The notes beneath the pieces are model-generated. The model saw only the letters and a list, made by a program, of their open reading frames with translations. It made no database searches and was not told the DNA's origin. Made by a program: the position numbers and the translations under genes. Below are positions 1-9,273 of a DNA stretch of 57,461 nucleotides, in pieces (position 1 is the first letter of the stretch; each line of letters starts with the position of its first letter). Origin of the DNA: a virus (lineage: Duplodnaviria > Caudoviricetes); the IMG/VR virus record IMGVR_UViG_3300017788_000030, positions 1-57,461 of that record; one strand, 5' to 3'.

Positions 1-1
1 G

Positions 2-220
2 ACAAGAATCGGACAAAATAGTAAAATGGTGCTTACCGGCGATGTTTCTCAATCGGATTTGAGTAGACATTTACAGGGAGGCTTTTATGATCTAATACAA
101 ACACTAGACAAAATAGAAAATATCGGAATTTCTACTCTTACAGATAGCGATATTATTCGTAATCCTATAATAGCAAAAATTTTAGCAAGACTAGACAATT
201 ATGAACAAGGCAGAAAATAG
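2..220 (+). CDS. phoH: PhoH-family ATPase, C-terminal part (5' truncated by window edge)
   Basis: The frame is open from nt 2 and reads TRIGQNSKMVLTGDVSQSDL...DIIRNPIIAKIL, matching the PhoH motifs TRxGxxSKxxxxGDxxQxD and DIxRxxxx. Confidence 0.9.
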   Translation, partial: TRIGQNSKMVLTGDVSQSDLSRHLQGGFYDLIQTLDKIENIGISTLTDSDIIRNPIIAKILARLDNYEQGRK

Positions 221-800
221 TAAATGCTTATTGCTAAATGCTGACTATTCGCCTTTAAGAATTATTAGTTGGCAAAAGGCCATAGTATGGTCTATCAAAT
301 ACGAAAATAATCCTACTTTTAAAATTGAAATCATCGAATATTATAAGGACAAATATATACAAGCAGCAAATGGGAAAAAATTACCAGTTCCTATGGTTGC
401 GAAGACATCGAGATATTTCAATATATATAATCGATCACTAAAATTTTCTCGTAAAAATCTCTTTATAAGAGATAATTATACTTGTCAATATTGTGGTAAA
501 AAATTTCCATATAATGAATTAACATATGACCATGTGATTCCTAAGAGTAAATTTCATACAAATAAAAGTTATGCTACTAATTGGTGCAATATAACAACCG
601 CTTGTACTAGCTGTAATCGTAAAAAATCTAATAAAACACCTGAACAAGCTAATATGCAAATAATTAGTACTCCTACTACACCATTTTATGAATTTAGATA
701 CTTGCCTCTAGCAAAAGAGCTAACTACTATATACAGTAGCGAGGATTACGAGGAGTGGAAGAAATACATTGATTCTTATCTTGAATTATTAAAACCATAA
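201..800 (+). CDS. HNH endonuclease (McrA-like, Zn-binding)
   Basis: LLLNADYSPL N-terminus; RDNYTCQYCG...LTYDHVIPKS...WxNITTACTSCNRKK. Confidence 0.9.
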   Translation: MNKAENSKCLLLNADYSPLRIISWQKAIVWSIKYENNPTFKIEIIEYYKDKYIQAANGKKLPVPMVAKTSRYFNIYNRSLKFSRKNLFIRDNYTCQYCGKKFPYNELTYDHVIPKSKFHTNKSYATNWCNITTACTSCNRKKSNKTPEQANMQIISTPTTPFYEFRYLPLAKELTTIYSSEDYEEWKKYIDSYLELLKP

Positions 801-1144
801 TGCCAACATATACATATCGCTGTAGTAAGTGCTGTAAAAAATTTGAACTATTTTTTCATATAACAGACTATGTTGATTGTCCATCTTGTGTATTTTGTAG
901 TTCACAAAAAACAGAAAGAAGTTATCATGATGATATATGCTCTGTTGCATCGTCGATAAAGAAGCATGATTCTGAGTTACGAACCATTGGAGATTTAGCT
1001 AATCGTAATAGAGACAGACTCACCGATGACCATAAACAATATCTATCCCACAAGCATAATGAATATAAACAAACAGAGAATAATAAACCACTACCAAAAG
1101 GTATGTCTAGAATAAAGAAACCCCCGAAACCGAAATGGATATAA
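800..1144 (+). CDS. FmdB-like zinc-ribbon protein
   Basis: MPTYTYRCSKC...FELF...CPSCVFC N-terminal zinc-ribbon signature; TAATG coupling with the upstream gene. Confidence 0.75.
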   Translation: MPTYTYRCSKCCKKFELFFHITDYVDCPSCVFCSSQKTERSYHDDICSVASSIKKHDSELRTIGDLANRNRDRLTDDHKQYLSHKHNEYKQTENNKPLPKGMSRIKKPPKPKWI

Positions 1145-1536
1145 TTATGGACTTTTTCCAGTCAAACAATAGCATTTTTGATAAACAAAATACTCCAGAA
1201 GCTCATCATACTATTTTCTATACTCTTGATGGATCTCAAGAAACATATACTAATAATATTCCACTAAGAAACCAAGAAGATAATCTAGTGTATGCTAAAA
1301 AATACAAAAAAATTGATGGGTCATATAAATATATGATAAAACTTGCCAATAATGGAAAACTATATAATCCTATTTCTATATATGGCGAAGAAAAAACTAA
1401 TCATTTTTTAGACAGCGTATGTAAATCATCTAATAAATTTAAGACAGTTAATGAAAAGGCTTTTAATTTTTATATACAGTTTTTGACTTCAAAAAATATA
1501 TCCTATTATCATAATGCAGAAAGAGAGATAGACTAA
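1135..1536 (+). CDS. hypothetical protein
   Basis: 133-aa ORF in a tightly packed operon; no recognisable motif. Confidence 0.7.
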   Translation: MDIIMDFFQSNNSIFDKQNTPEAHHTIFYTLDGSQETYTNNIPLRNQEDNLVYAKKYKKIDGSYKYMIKLANNGKLYNPISIYGEEKTNHFLDSVCKSSNKFKTVNEKAFNFYIQFLTSKNISYYHNAEREID

Positions 1537-1866
1537 ATGTCTAGAATTACCAAAATACAAAAGTATGCTATATTATGGTTACAATCTCAAAATATGTCCA
1601 TAGAAAATATTGAGAAAGAACTTAAATTAGATTCTAAGCAGATAATGAATGTACTAAAAAATAGTACCTCAAAAGAAGAGAGTTCAACAGTAGCACAAAA
1701 TAAGATTACATCAAAAGATCTCATGATAAGAAATAGTCAATCCGGTAATAGGAATGTATCTATTATGACAAAAGCAGCTTCTGAAATGAACGATGAAAAT
1801 AAAAAACTAAACTATTCCAATAATATTAAATCCTCCCCACATATATATAGACCACATGGATCATAA
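1537..1866 (+). CDS. hypothetical protein, possible N-terminal HTH
   Basis: SQNMSIENIEKELKLDSKQIMNVLK resembles a helix-turn-helix; abuts the upstream stop codon. Confidence 0.6.
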   Translation: MSRITKIQKYAILWLQSQNMSIENIEKELKLDSKQIMNVLKNSTSKEESSTVAQNKITSKDLMIRNSQSGNRNVSIMTKAASEMNDENKKLNYSNNIKSSPHIYRPHGS

Positions 1867-2284
1867 AAATATTAAACTAGATCTGTCGCCAGAAGAACAA
1901 GAACTCTTCGACAAAATTAAAAAACAGATCAAAGAACAACTAAATGCACAACAGCCTCAAGGCGAGGTAAAGTTAGATGATAGTGCTATTTCGGGATTGT
2001 ATGATCCTAATATTCTTCTCGACGATCCTATACACCCTAGGCACATTACTACCTATGATAGAGAAATTTATGTAGAACTAAGAATGGAGATGTCAGCTAT
2101 AAATGAGCAAGGACAATTTAAAGAAATATTTCAGATACTAGAAAGTTTTTATCATATACCTGTACCGTCCGGTGCGGATTATCTACCCAAAGTGTCGGGA
2201 TTTATTGATTATTTTGATGCTAACCTACTAGATTGCGCGCAAAAAATACATAAAAATAATGGAATCAAAGAAGTACATATCTAA
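1856..2284 (+). CDS. hypothetical protein
   Basis: 142-aa ORF overlapping both neighbours. Confidence 0.65.
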   Translation: MDHKNIKLDLSPEEQELFDKIKKQIKEQLNAQQPQGEVKLDDSAISGLYDPNILLDDPIHPRHITTYDREIYVELRMEMSAINEQGQFKEIFQILESFYHIPVPSGADYLPKVSGFIDYFDANLLDCAQKIHKNNGIKEVHI

Positions 2285-2684
2285 ATACTCCAACAATAAG
2301 CCAGTCTCTTCTGCACAATATATCACAGAAATTATATGTGAAAGAAAAGCAGCAAAAGATAAACAAGATTTACACTATAGATTTTGGATAAGCAAAGAAT
2401 GGAGCAAATTTTTTCGAAATCAAATAGGCTCAGCAAATAAGCTGCTTAAGCAATACTCCGATAAAGCTATCGTAGCAGCTCTTTTAAGCACTGACGGGCA
2501 AAAAATTTATTCTTTGCGAGCCCCACATCTACCTGATATGATAGTGAGGGAGCAGACTAGACTGGACCAGCAAAATCAAACTATGACAAAACATGTTGAT
2601 AGAAAAAATGATATTATTTTTGGTTCCAAAAATACACAATCTCATAAAAACATTATTTCTAGAATTAAGGACTTAGACAAATGA
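2259..2684 (+). CDS. hypothetical protein
   Basis: 141-aa ORF, ATGA-coupled to recA. Confidence 0.7.
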   Translation: MESKKYISKYSNNKPVSSAQYITEIICERKAAKDKQDLHYRFWISKEWSKFFRNQIGSANKLLKQYSDKAIVAALLSTDGQKIYSLRAPHLPDMIVREQTRLDQQNQTMTKHVDRKNDIIFGSKNTQSHKNIISRIKDLDK

Positions 2685-3706
2685 GTATCAAAGAAGATGT
2701 AAAAAAAGATTTTGGTTCAGATATACTATTGTCTGCTAATTCAATCATAGACAGAGATCTAGTTACAATTCCAGTTAGTCCCGCCCTGGATATTATTCTT
2801 AATGGAGGTATACCAGAAGGTAGTTTCGTAATTCTAACAGGACATCCTAAATGTGGAAAAACCGTAACATCTTTAGATTTTGCCGCAACCGCACAAAGGG
2901 AAGAATACCAAGGAACACTAAAAAATCCTAGAGAAGTGTTCTATCTAAACATAGAAGGTAGAATTAAGAAAAGAGACTTAGAAGGAATAAAAAATTTAGA
3001 TTGTAATAGACTCAATATTATAGGCAGTCAACAAGGTAAAATACTACACGCCGAAGAATATTTGCAAATTGCAGAAAGAATCATAAACGAAGAACCAGGA
3101 TCAGTTATGATTATAGACTCATATTCTGCTCTATGTACAGAAGCTGAAATAACTAGCGAAATGGATAAAATGCAAAGAGCAGACGGAGCTAAATTATTAG
3201 CTAAGTTTTGTCGTAAAGTAGCAAATGTAATACCAGTTAATAAAAATATAGTAATAGGTATTACTCATTTAATGGGTAATCCTGGATATGGAAATGTAGA
3301 GTGGAAAGAAAAAAGTGGACAGGCTATAGCATATCAAACGGATATAAAAATTAAGGCTAAAATGTTTAAGCCATGGTTAAGTGGGGCCGACGGTCCTCAG
3401 ATAGGTCAAGAGGTGGATTGGCAAACCATATGCTCGGCTCTCGGTCCTCCTGGCGGCTCTATAAAAAGTTTCATAAGGTATGGAGAGGGTATAGATAAAC
3501 CAATGGAACTGGCTACTTTATGTATAGATTTTGGACTAATTAATAAAAGCGGAGCATGGTACACTATCAGCTGTCTAGGAGACAAGCAAAAATACCAAGG
3601 AACAGAAAAACTCAGACAATATATAGCAGAAAATGAAAGTGTATATAATGAATTATATGAAAAGTTAAACGAGACAATTGGCACACCATGCAAGTCAAAG
3701 ACCTAG
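2681..3706 (+). CDS. recA: RecA/UvsX-like recombinase
   Basis: SPALDIILNGGIPEG, Walker A GHPKCGKT, Walker B MIIDSYSAL, C-terminal GID...LINKSGAWY. Confidence 0.93.
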   Translation: MSIKEDVKKDFGSDILLSANSIIDRDLVTIPVSPALDIILNGGIPEGSFVILTGHPKCGKTVTSLDFAATAQREEYQGTLKNPREVFYLNIEGRIKKRDLEGIKNLDCNRLNIIGSQQGKILHAEEYLQIAERIINEEPGSVMIIDSYSALCTEAEITSEMDKMQRADGAKLLAKFCRKVANVIPVNKNIVIGITHLMGNPGYGNVEWKEKSGQAIAYQTDIKIKAKMFKPWLSGADGPQIGQEVDWQTICSALGPPGGSIKSFIRYGEGIDKPMELATLCIDFGLINKSGAWYTISCLGDKQKYQGTEKLRQYIAENESVYNELYEKLNETIGTPCKSKT

Positions 3707-4098
3707 ATGGAAATATACATTATTGGAAATTAATTGGAGGTATTTCTAATGGTTATGATGAACAGAAATCTTCTTATCATCTATTGGCCAGACAACTCAT
3801 TAAAGAGTGTTTTCCAACACTACAAATTTTAGAAGAAATTCCTATACATATTAGAAAAACAGAAATACTTTTTTTGGATTTTTACTTACCATTAAATAGA
3901 AAATGTATAGAAGTACATGGAGAACAACATTATGCGTTTTCTAGATTTTATCATAAGGATAAGATTGGGTTCCTAAAGCACAAAAAAAGAGATAAGGATA
4001 AACAAGAGTGGTGTGATGTTAATAATATAGAATATGTCGAATTGCCGTACAATGAATCATTATTAGAATGGAAAAAGAGAATACTAAATGAATACTAA
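3688..4098 (+). CDS. Vsr/DUF559-like PD-(D/E)xK endonuclease
   Basis: FLDFYLP...CIEVHGEQHY...RDKDKQEWC..NNIEYVELPY. Confidence 0.75.
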   Translation: MQVKDLDGNIHYWKLIGGISNGYDEQKSSYHLLARQLIKECFPTLQILEEIPIHIRKTEILFLDFYLPLNRKCIEVHGEQHYAFSRFYHKDKIGFLKHKKRDKDKQEWCDVNNIEYVELPYNESLLEWKKRILNEY

Positions 4099-4579
4099 AA
4101 CAGCAAAAGAAGAGATAGAGCACTGGGATTCTATATTAGATGAGTACGAAAAGAATATTGGTTTACCAACATATGTATCAGACAGTTTACCGGAACAGGA
4201 ACTACAATCCTATTTAACGATGAACAGAGATGTACTAGAAAAACTTACGCCAGAACAATGCGGAGAAATAAGTTATAGACTAGGACAATTTTCTTTTCAT
4301 ATACAAAGAACTTTGAACAGGGAAATAGCTAGATATAATTGGTCAGAAGAGACCATCAAAGATATTATAGCCGATGATATCAATTCGTATAAAGGATATG
4401 GATATATAGAAAAGTCATCACAAGCTATTAAACACAACGACAGAGCATCTGCGCTAAATAAAATTAAAAAATATGCCAAACAAAGATCGGACAGACTAAC
4501 ATATATAGCAACATCTATCAAAAATCTATCGGATATACTTATTTCTATTCTAAAATCTAAGGCATCAAAACATGGATAA
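4088..4579 (+). CDS. helical hypothetical protein (weakly UvsY-like recombination mediator)
   Basis: 163-aa all-helical/coiled-coil composition near recA; the function is inferred from context only. Confidence 0.45.
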   Translation: MNTKTAKEEIEHWDSILDEYEKNIGLPTYVSDSLPEQELQSYLTMNRDVLEKLTPEQCGEISYRLGQFSFHIQRTLNREIARYNWSEETIKDIIADDINSYKGYGYIEKSSQAIKHNDRASALNKIKKYAKQRSDRLTYIATSIKNLSDILISILKSKASKHG

Positions 4580-4955
4580 CTTAACGCAAGAACAAATAAA
4601 AGAAATGATCAGTTTATTGCAGGGTATGTTGACAAAGAATCAGTCGGATGGTACGATATCAACTGATACCGCTAAGACTACAGGCTCGGATTCTTCCATG
4701 AAGACTCATAATAAAAAACCAAGAGTATCTTCTACAAATAAATTTGACACAATGATGGAGTCTAATTTGCATAAAGACGATATAGAAATCGATAAAAAAT
4801 TAGCCAAGTATGCACCTACTCCGAGACTTAGAAAATTTCAGCCCATAACCGTTGTGTGTAGAATTTGTGGTAAAAAAGAAACTATAAGTCCAGCTTTACT
4901 TCACGATAACATCGAGCGATATAAGTGTAATAAATGTTCTCAGGGAGCTGGTTGA
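4572..4955 (+). CDS. hypothetical protein with C-terminal zinc ribbon
   Basis: VCRICG...YKCNKC. Confidence 0.65.
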   Translation: MDNLTQEQIKEMISLLQGMLTKNQSDGTISTDTAKTTGSDSSMKTHNKKPRVSSTNKFDTMMESNLHKDDIEIDKKLAKYAPTPRLRKFQPITVVCRICGKKETISPALLHDNIERYKCNKCSQGAG

Positions 4956-4956
4956 T

Positions 4957-6420
4957 ATGATTTTATGTGATACCTCTGCCGAAAGAGCTGTTCTGGCAGG
5001 AATATGTAAGTATGCCGAAGATGCATATCTAGACATTTCTGACATTATTCAAGAATCTTCTTTTACTGTAGATAGTAATAAGTTTATATTTAAGTGTCTC
5101 AAAACTCTTCTAGATAGAGATATAAAAATATCTATAGATGTGGCCTCGATATTCTCTGTAGCAGAAGAACTTGGTCTATCTCATATTTTATCGAAAAAAG
5201 AAGAAATACAACATCTAAAAGCCATATTAGATTTTCCGGTTAATATTTCTAATATTAGAAAATTTGCATCTAAAATTCGCAAGCTAGAAATAGCTAGATT
5301 ATTAAGACAACAACTTGAGCAAGCGCGAGACAAAATATTAGATATTACTGGTAATGAAAGCATAGGTTCTATTCTTGGCATAGCAGAAGATAGTATCTTT
5401 GATTTTAGTAATCTATTAAATGATGTAGACAACAATGCCGAATGTATTGGTGCAAATCTAGATGAATATATTAATAATCTACTCGAACACAAAATCGATC
5501 AAGTTGGAATACCAACAGGATTTCCTGTTTATGATCAAGCTATAGGTGGTGGCCTCAGAAAAGGCACCATAAATGTTATAGCGGCCAGACCCAAAGTTGG
5601 TAAAACTCTTTTATCCGATAATATGGGATTTTACATAGCAAATAAACTTAAAATTCCTGTATTGAACATGGACACAGAAATGTCCAAAGAAGACCATTTA
5701 AATAGAGTGCTGGCTATGATGACCGAGATAGAAATTAATCATATTGAAACAGGTAAATTCACAGACACGCCAAATAAACTATCAAAGATTAAGTCTGCTG
5801 TAGAGGATCTAAAAGAGACCAAGTTATTTTACAAATCAATAGCCGGAAAACCATTCGAAGACCAATTATCTATTATGAGAAGATGGCTTATTAAAGATGT
5901 TGGACTAAATGATGATGGAACAGCAAAAGATTGTGTAATTTTTTATGATTATCTGAAACTTATGGATTCGGCAGGTATTTCTCAGGACATGAAAGAATAC
6001 CAAGTGTTGGGTTTTATGATGACTTCGTTACATAATTTTGCCACGAAATACAAAATTCCCATAGTGGCATTCATACAATTAAATAGAGATGGCATAACTA
6101 AAGAAAGCACCGACACTGCCAGTGGCTCGGATAGAATCATCTGGCTATGCAGTAATTTCAGTATTTTTAAGAGAAAAACTCCAGAAGAAATATCCGAAGA
6201 TGGTCCAGAAAATGGCAATAGAAAACTTGTTCCATTAATCAGTCGTCACGGAGGAGGATTAGACGATAATGACTATATTAATTGTCATATGAAAGGCTGG
6301 TGTGCAAAAATTACAGAAGGCAAAACAAGATTAGAATTGGTTACGAATACAAAAAATAATACCGACGGATTTATAATGGAGGATGTTCATGCAAATGATG
6401 AAGAAATCCCTTTCCAATGA
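4957..6420 (+). CDS. dnaB: DnaB-like replicative helicase
   Basis: AERAVLAGI N-domain, GIPTGFPVYDQAIGGGLRKG, Walker A AARPKVGKT, DTEMS, FYDYLKLM, IQLNR. Confidence 0.95.
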   Translation: MILCDTSAERAVLAGICKYAEDAYLDISDIIQESSFTVDSNKFIFKCLKTLLDRDIKISIDVASIFSVAEELGLSHILSKKEEIQHLKAILDFPVNISNIRKFASKIRKLEIARLLRQQLEQARDKILDITGNESIGSILGIAEDSIFDFSNLLNDVDNNAECIGANLDEYINNLLEHKIDQVGIPTGFPVYDQAIGGGLRKGTINVIAARPKVGKTLLSDNMGFYIANKLKIPVLNMDTEMSKEDHLNRVLAMMTEIEINHIETGKFTDTPNKLSKIKSAVEDLKETKLFYKSIAGKPFEDQLSIMRRWLIKDVGLNDDGTAKDCVIFYDYLKLMDSAGISQDMKEYQVLGFMMTSLHNFATKYKIPIVAFIQLNRDGITKESTDTASGSDRIIWLCSNFSIFKRKTPEEISEDGPENGNRKLVPLISRHGGGLDDNDYINCHMKGWCAKITEGKTRLELVTNTKNNTDGFIMEDVHANDEEIPFQ

Positions 6421-7549
6421 TCAAGATAAGTATAAAATACTCTGTGATTTATTGTGTGATAATATAGATGATCTGTTATCTCATTTCGAAATAACATATA
6501 AACACTCCGGCAAGATGGTGTCGATGGCATGTCCCATACATCAGGGGGATAATAGTAGTGCATTAAATCTATATGTAGAAGGAGACTCATATAGAGGAAA
6601 TTGGAAATGTAGAACACACCAATGCGAAAAAACATTCAAAGGATCTATTATTGGTTTTATTAGAGGCTTGTTATCATATCAAAAACATAATTGGTCTAAA
6701 GACGGAGACAAGATGGTATCCTTTGAAGAAACCATACAGTTTGTGTCTAAATTTCTAAATAAAGATTTAAGCACTATAAAAATATGCAAAGTTTCTAAAA
6801 ACAAAAATACTTTTACAAATGCTATTAATCAAATAGCTATACAAAATAATCAGCTAAATATAGAAAAAACCCTAAACAGAGAAAAGGCAAGATCTTTATT
6901 AGATATACCGTCCGAGTACTATCTTAATAGAGGATTTAGCAAATCTATATTAGATAAGTATGACGTTGGCTTATGTACAAATCCGAAAAGAGAAATGTAT
7001 AATCGAACAGTTGTACCAATTTACGATCTAGATCATGAGTATGTTATAGGCTGTACTGGAAGAAGTATCTTTGAAAAATGTCCGAAGTGTTCATATTTTC
7101 ATAATCACCAAGACGAATGTCCATCGCAGGATAAGCTATATTTATATTCTAAGTGGAAACATAGTTTAAATTTTAAAAGCCAAAACTCTCTTTATAATAT
7201 ATGGTTTGCCAAAAAACATATTCAAGAAACCGGTATTGTGATACTTGTTGAAAGTCCAGGTAATGTATGGAAATTAGAAGAAAATAATATTCATAACAGC
7301 GTTGGGATTTTTGGTTGTTCTTTGAGCGATAAGCAAAAAATGATCTTGGATTCAACCGGTGCTATGACTATAATACTGTTGATGGATAATGACGAAGCTG
7401 GTCGCAAAGCATCCGCACAAATCAAAGAAAAGTGCGAAAATACATATAAAGTATATTGTCCAGAAATTTCTAAAAACGATATCGCGGAAATGACTCCTGT
7501 GGAAATAGAACAACAAATCAAAACTTTTATTAGGAATATTATACTATGA
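6383..7549 (+). CDS. dnaG: DnaG-like primase (CHC2 Zn finger + TOPRIM)
   Basis: CPIHQGDN...WKCRTHQC zinc finger; RTVVPIYD...GCTGR; VILVESPGN and MDNDEAG TOPRIM motifs. The true start may be 6389 (GGAGG at 6378-6382). Confidence 0.92.
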   Translation: MFMQMMKKSLSNDQDKYKILCDLLCDNIDDLLSHFEITYKHSGKMVSMACPIHQGDNSSALNLYVEGDSYRGNWKCRTHQCEKTFKGSIIGFIRGLLSYQKHNWSKDGDKMVSFEETIQFVSKFLNKDLSTIKICKVSKNKNTFTNAINQIAIQNNQLNIEKTLNREKARSLLDIPSEYYLNRGFSKSILDKYDVGLCTNPKREMYNRTVVPIYDLDHEYVIGCTGRSIFEKCPKCSYFHNHQDECPSQDKLYLYSKWKHSLNFKSQNSLYNIWFAKKHIQETGIVILVESPGNVWKLEENNIHNSVGIFGCSLSDKQKMILDSTGAMTIILLMDNDEAGRKASAQIKEKCENTYKVYCPEISKNDIAEMTPVEIEQQIKTFIRNIIL

Positions 7550-8145
7550 TTATAGGATTGTCTGGACGTAAACAATCTGGAAAAACTATTTGTTGCGAGT
7601 TCCTAAAAGGATTATTACTTAGTAATGGATATAATGATGTACACATATATAATTTTGCAGACCCATTAAAAGAAGACATCTGCATGAATATGTTTGGATT
7701 AACCTACACTCAGTGTTATGGCGAAGATGATAACAAAAATGAATTAGTTGACGCATACTGGGAAGACAAACAACTAACTGCACGAGATTTAATGCAATTA
7801 ATAGGCACCGATATATTTAGAAAATTAAATAATAACGTCTGGGTAAATGCTTTGATCAATAAAATTAAGAAAAACAAACACGAAATTGTTATAGTATCTG
7901 ACTGCAGATTTCCTAATGAAATAGATGCTATACAAAACCAAAACGGTATTGTTATACGTCTAAATAGAAATCCTCACAACTCTAATCATAGTAGCGAAAC
8001 AATATTGGATCCCGTTAGTTATAATTGGCAAAAATTTGATTTCATAATTAATAACGCTAACATGACAGTTAGAGAACAATTTGAGACTATCAAAAAAATT
8101 ATGATTCAGAAAAACATTTTGCCGAAACAGAAACAATCCCTATGA
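7546..8145 (+). CDS. deoxynucleoside monophosphate kinase
   Basis: IIGLSGRKQSGKT P-loop, FADPLK, RDLMQLIGTDIFR, IVSDCRFPNE, HSSE: the phage dNMP kinase pattern. Confidence 0.88.
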   Translation: MIIGLSGRKQSGKTICCEFLKGLLLSNGYNDVHIYNFADPLKEDICMNMFGLTYTQCYGEDDNKNELVDAYWEDKQLTARDLMQLIGTDIFRKLNNNVWVNALINKIKKNKHEIVIVSDCRFPNEIDAIQNQNGIVIRLNRNPHNSNHSSETILDPVSYNWQKFDFIINNANMTVREQFETIKKIMIQKNILPKQKQSL

Positions 8146-9188
8146 TTATAACCTATCTAAGAAGTTCTAGTTATGGCACACACTCTATGTGTCCTATGCA
8201 ATATACATTTGAGTATGTACTAGGCATAAAATCAAAGTCGAATAAAAAAGCAGATAAGGGTACTATATGTCATAAGGTTTTTGAAATTTTGGCACATATA
8301 AAACTGTGTCATCAAAATAATGAACAATACTATAATGATATAGAAATATTGGGATCGATAGATATTAACAACTATGATATAGATCTAATGATAGAAAAAG
8401 TATATCATTACTATATAACAAAATTTAATCACCACGACTGGTCCGTTTCCGATTATAACGAATGTAAAAAATGGATTTTTAAAGCCCTCAATTATTCTGA
8501 TGGTATATTTGATCCTCGAAATAAACATATTGTACAGCCTGAGCAGCATTTTGATATAGAAATTAGAAAAAATTGGGCTAAATATGACTATAATACCAAG
8601 CTTGGACAAATTAGCGGATATTTAGCTATCAAAGGAACTATGGATCTTATAGTAAAAGTAAATGATGATACTCTAGAGATCATAGATTACAAGACAGGTA
8701 AAAGATTAGACTGGGCAACCGGTCAAGAAAAAACTCTAGCAAAATTGCATGAAGATCCACAATTAATGCTATATTATTATGCTGTACATAAGTTGTATCC
8801 AAATATTAAGCATGTTATAGTTTCGATATATTTTATCAATGATGGGGGTATGTTTTCTATATGTTTCGATAAGTCTCATATATCGAAAATAGAAAATATG
8901 CTAAGAAATAAGTTCGAAACAATAAAAAATACTACCAATCCACAATTAAATAAAAGCTGGAAATGCACAAAATTATGTCATTTTGGAAAAAATACATTCG
9001 AAAATACTTCTCATCTTCCCATCATAGAATATAGAGAAAATCAGGTTACACCAATTGGTAAATGTATGACAATGTGCGAACAGGTTCATCATGACATCTT
9101 AGTAAAAGGTATAGATGCCGTGGTTGACGAATACCAAACACCAGGTTATAATGTAGGACAGTACAAAGCGCCCGGAAGTGCTGAATAA
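8142..9188 (+). CDS. PD-(D/E)xK exonuclease, Cas4/RecB/AddB-like
   Basis: SSY...CPMQY, GTICHKVFE, GTMDL...IIDYKTG, QLMLYYYA and C-terminal CTKLC cysteines. Confidence 0.85.
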   Translation: MIITYLRSSSYGTHSMCPMQYTFEYVLGIKSKSNKKADKGTICHKVFEILAHIKLCHQNNEQYYNDIEILGSIDINNYDIDLMIEKVYHYYITKFNHHDWSVSDYNECKKWIFKALNYSDGIFDPRNKHIVQPEQHFDIEIRKNWAKYDYNTKLGQISGYLAIKGTMDLIVKVNDDTLEIIDYKTGKRLDWATGQEKTLAKLHEDPQLMLYYYAVHKLYPNIKHVIVSIYFINDGGMFSICFDKSHISKIENMLRNKFETIKNTTNPQLNKSWKCTKLCHFGKNTFENTSHLPIIEYRENQVTPIGKCMTMCEQVHHDILVKGIDAVVDEYQTPGYNVGQYKAPGSAE

Positions 9189-9228
9189 TTATTACTGACT
9201 CTATTAATTACGAAAGGATAAAAATAAA

Positions 9229-9273
9229 ATGGATATGAGAAGAACATATGTTCCTCTTCATGTCCATTCCTAG
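9229..9273 (+). CDS. 14-codon ORF encoding the true N-terminus of DnaE (MDMRRTYVPLHVHS*), out of frame with the rest of the gene
   Basis: AAAGGA at 9213-9218 and ATG at 9229. YVPLHVHS is the first PHP strand with the HxH ligands; it is followed by TAG TGA, and HYSLLDG continues in the -1 frame. Confidence 0.75.
   Translation: MDMRRTYVPLHVHS

Noticed and set aside
8142-9188. Cas4 as part of a CRISPR-Cas system
   Set aside because: No other cas genes and no repeat-spacer array; solo Cas4/RecB-like nucleases are common in phage replication modules.
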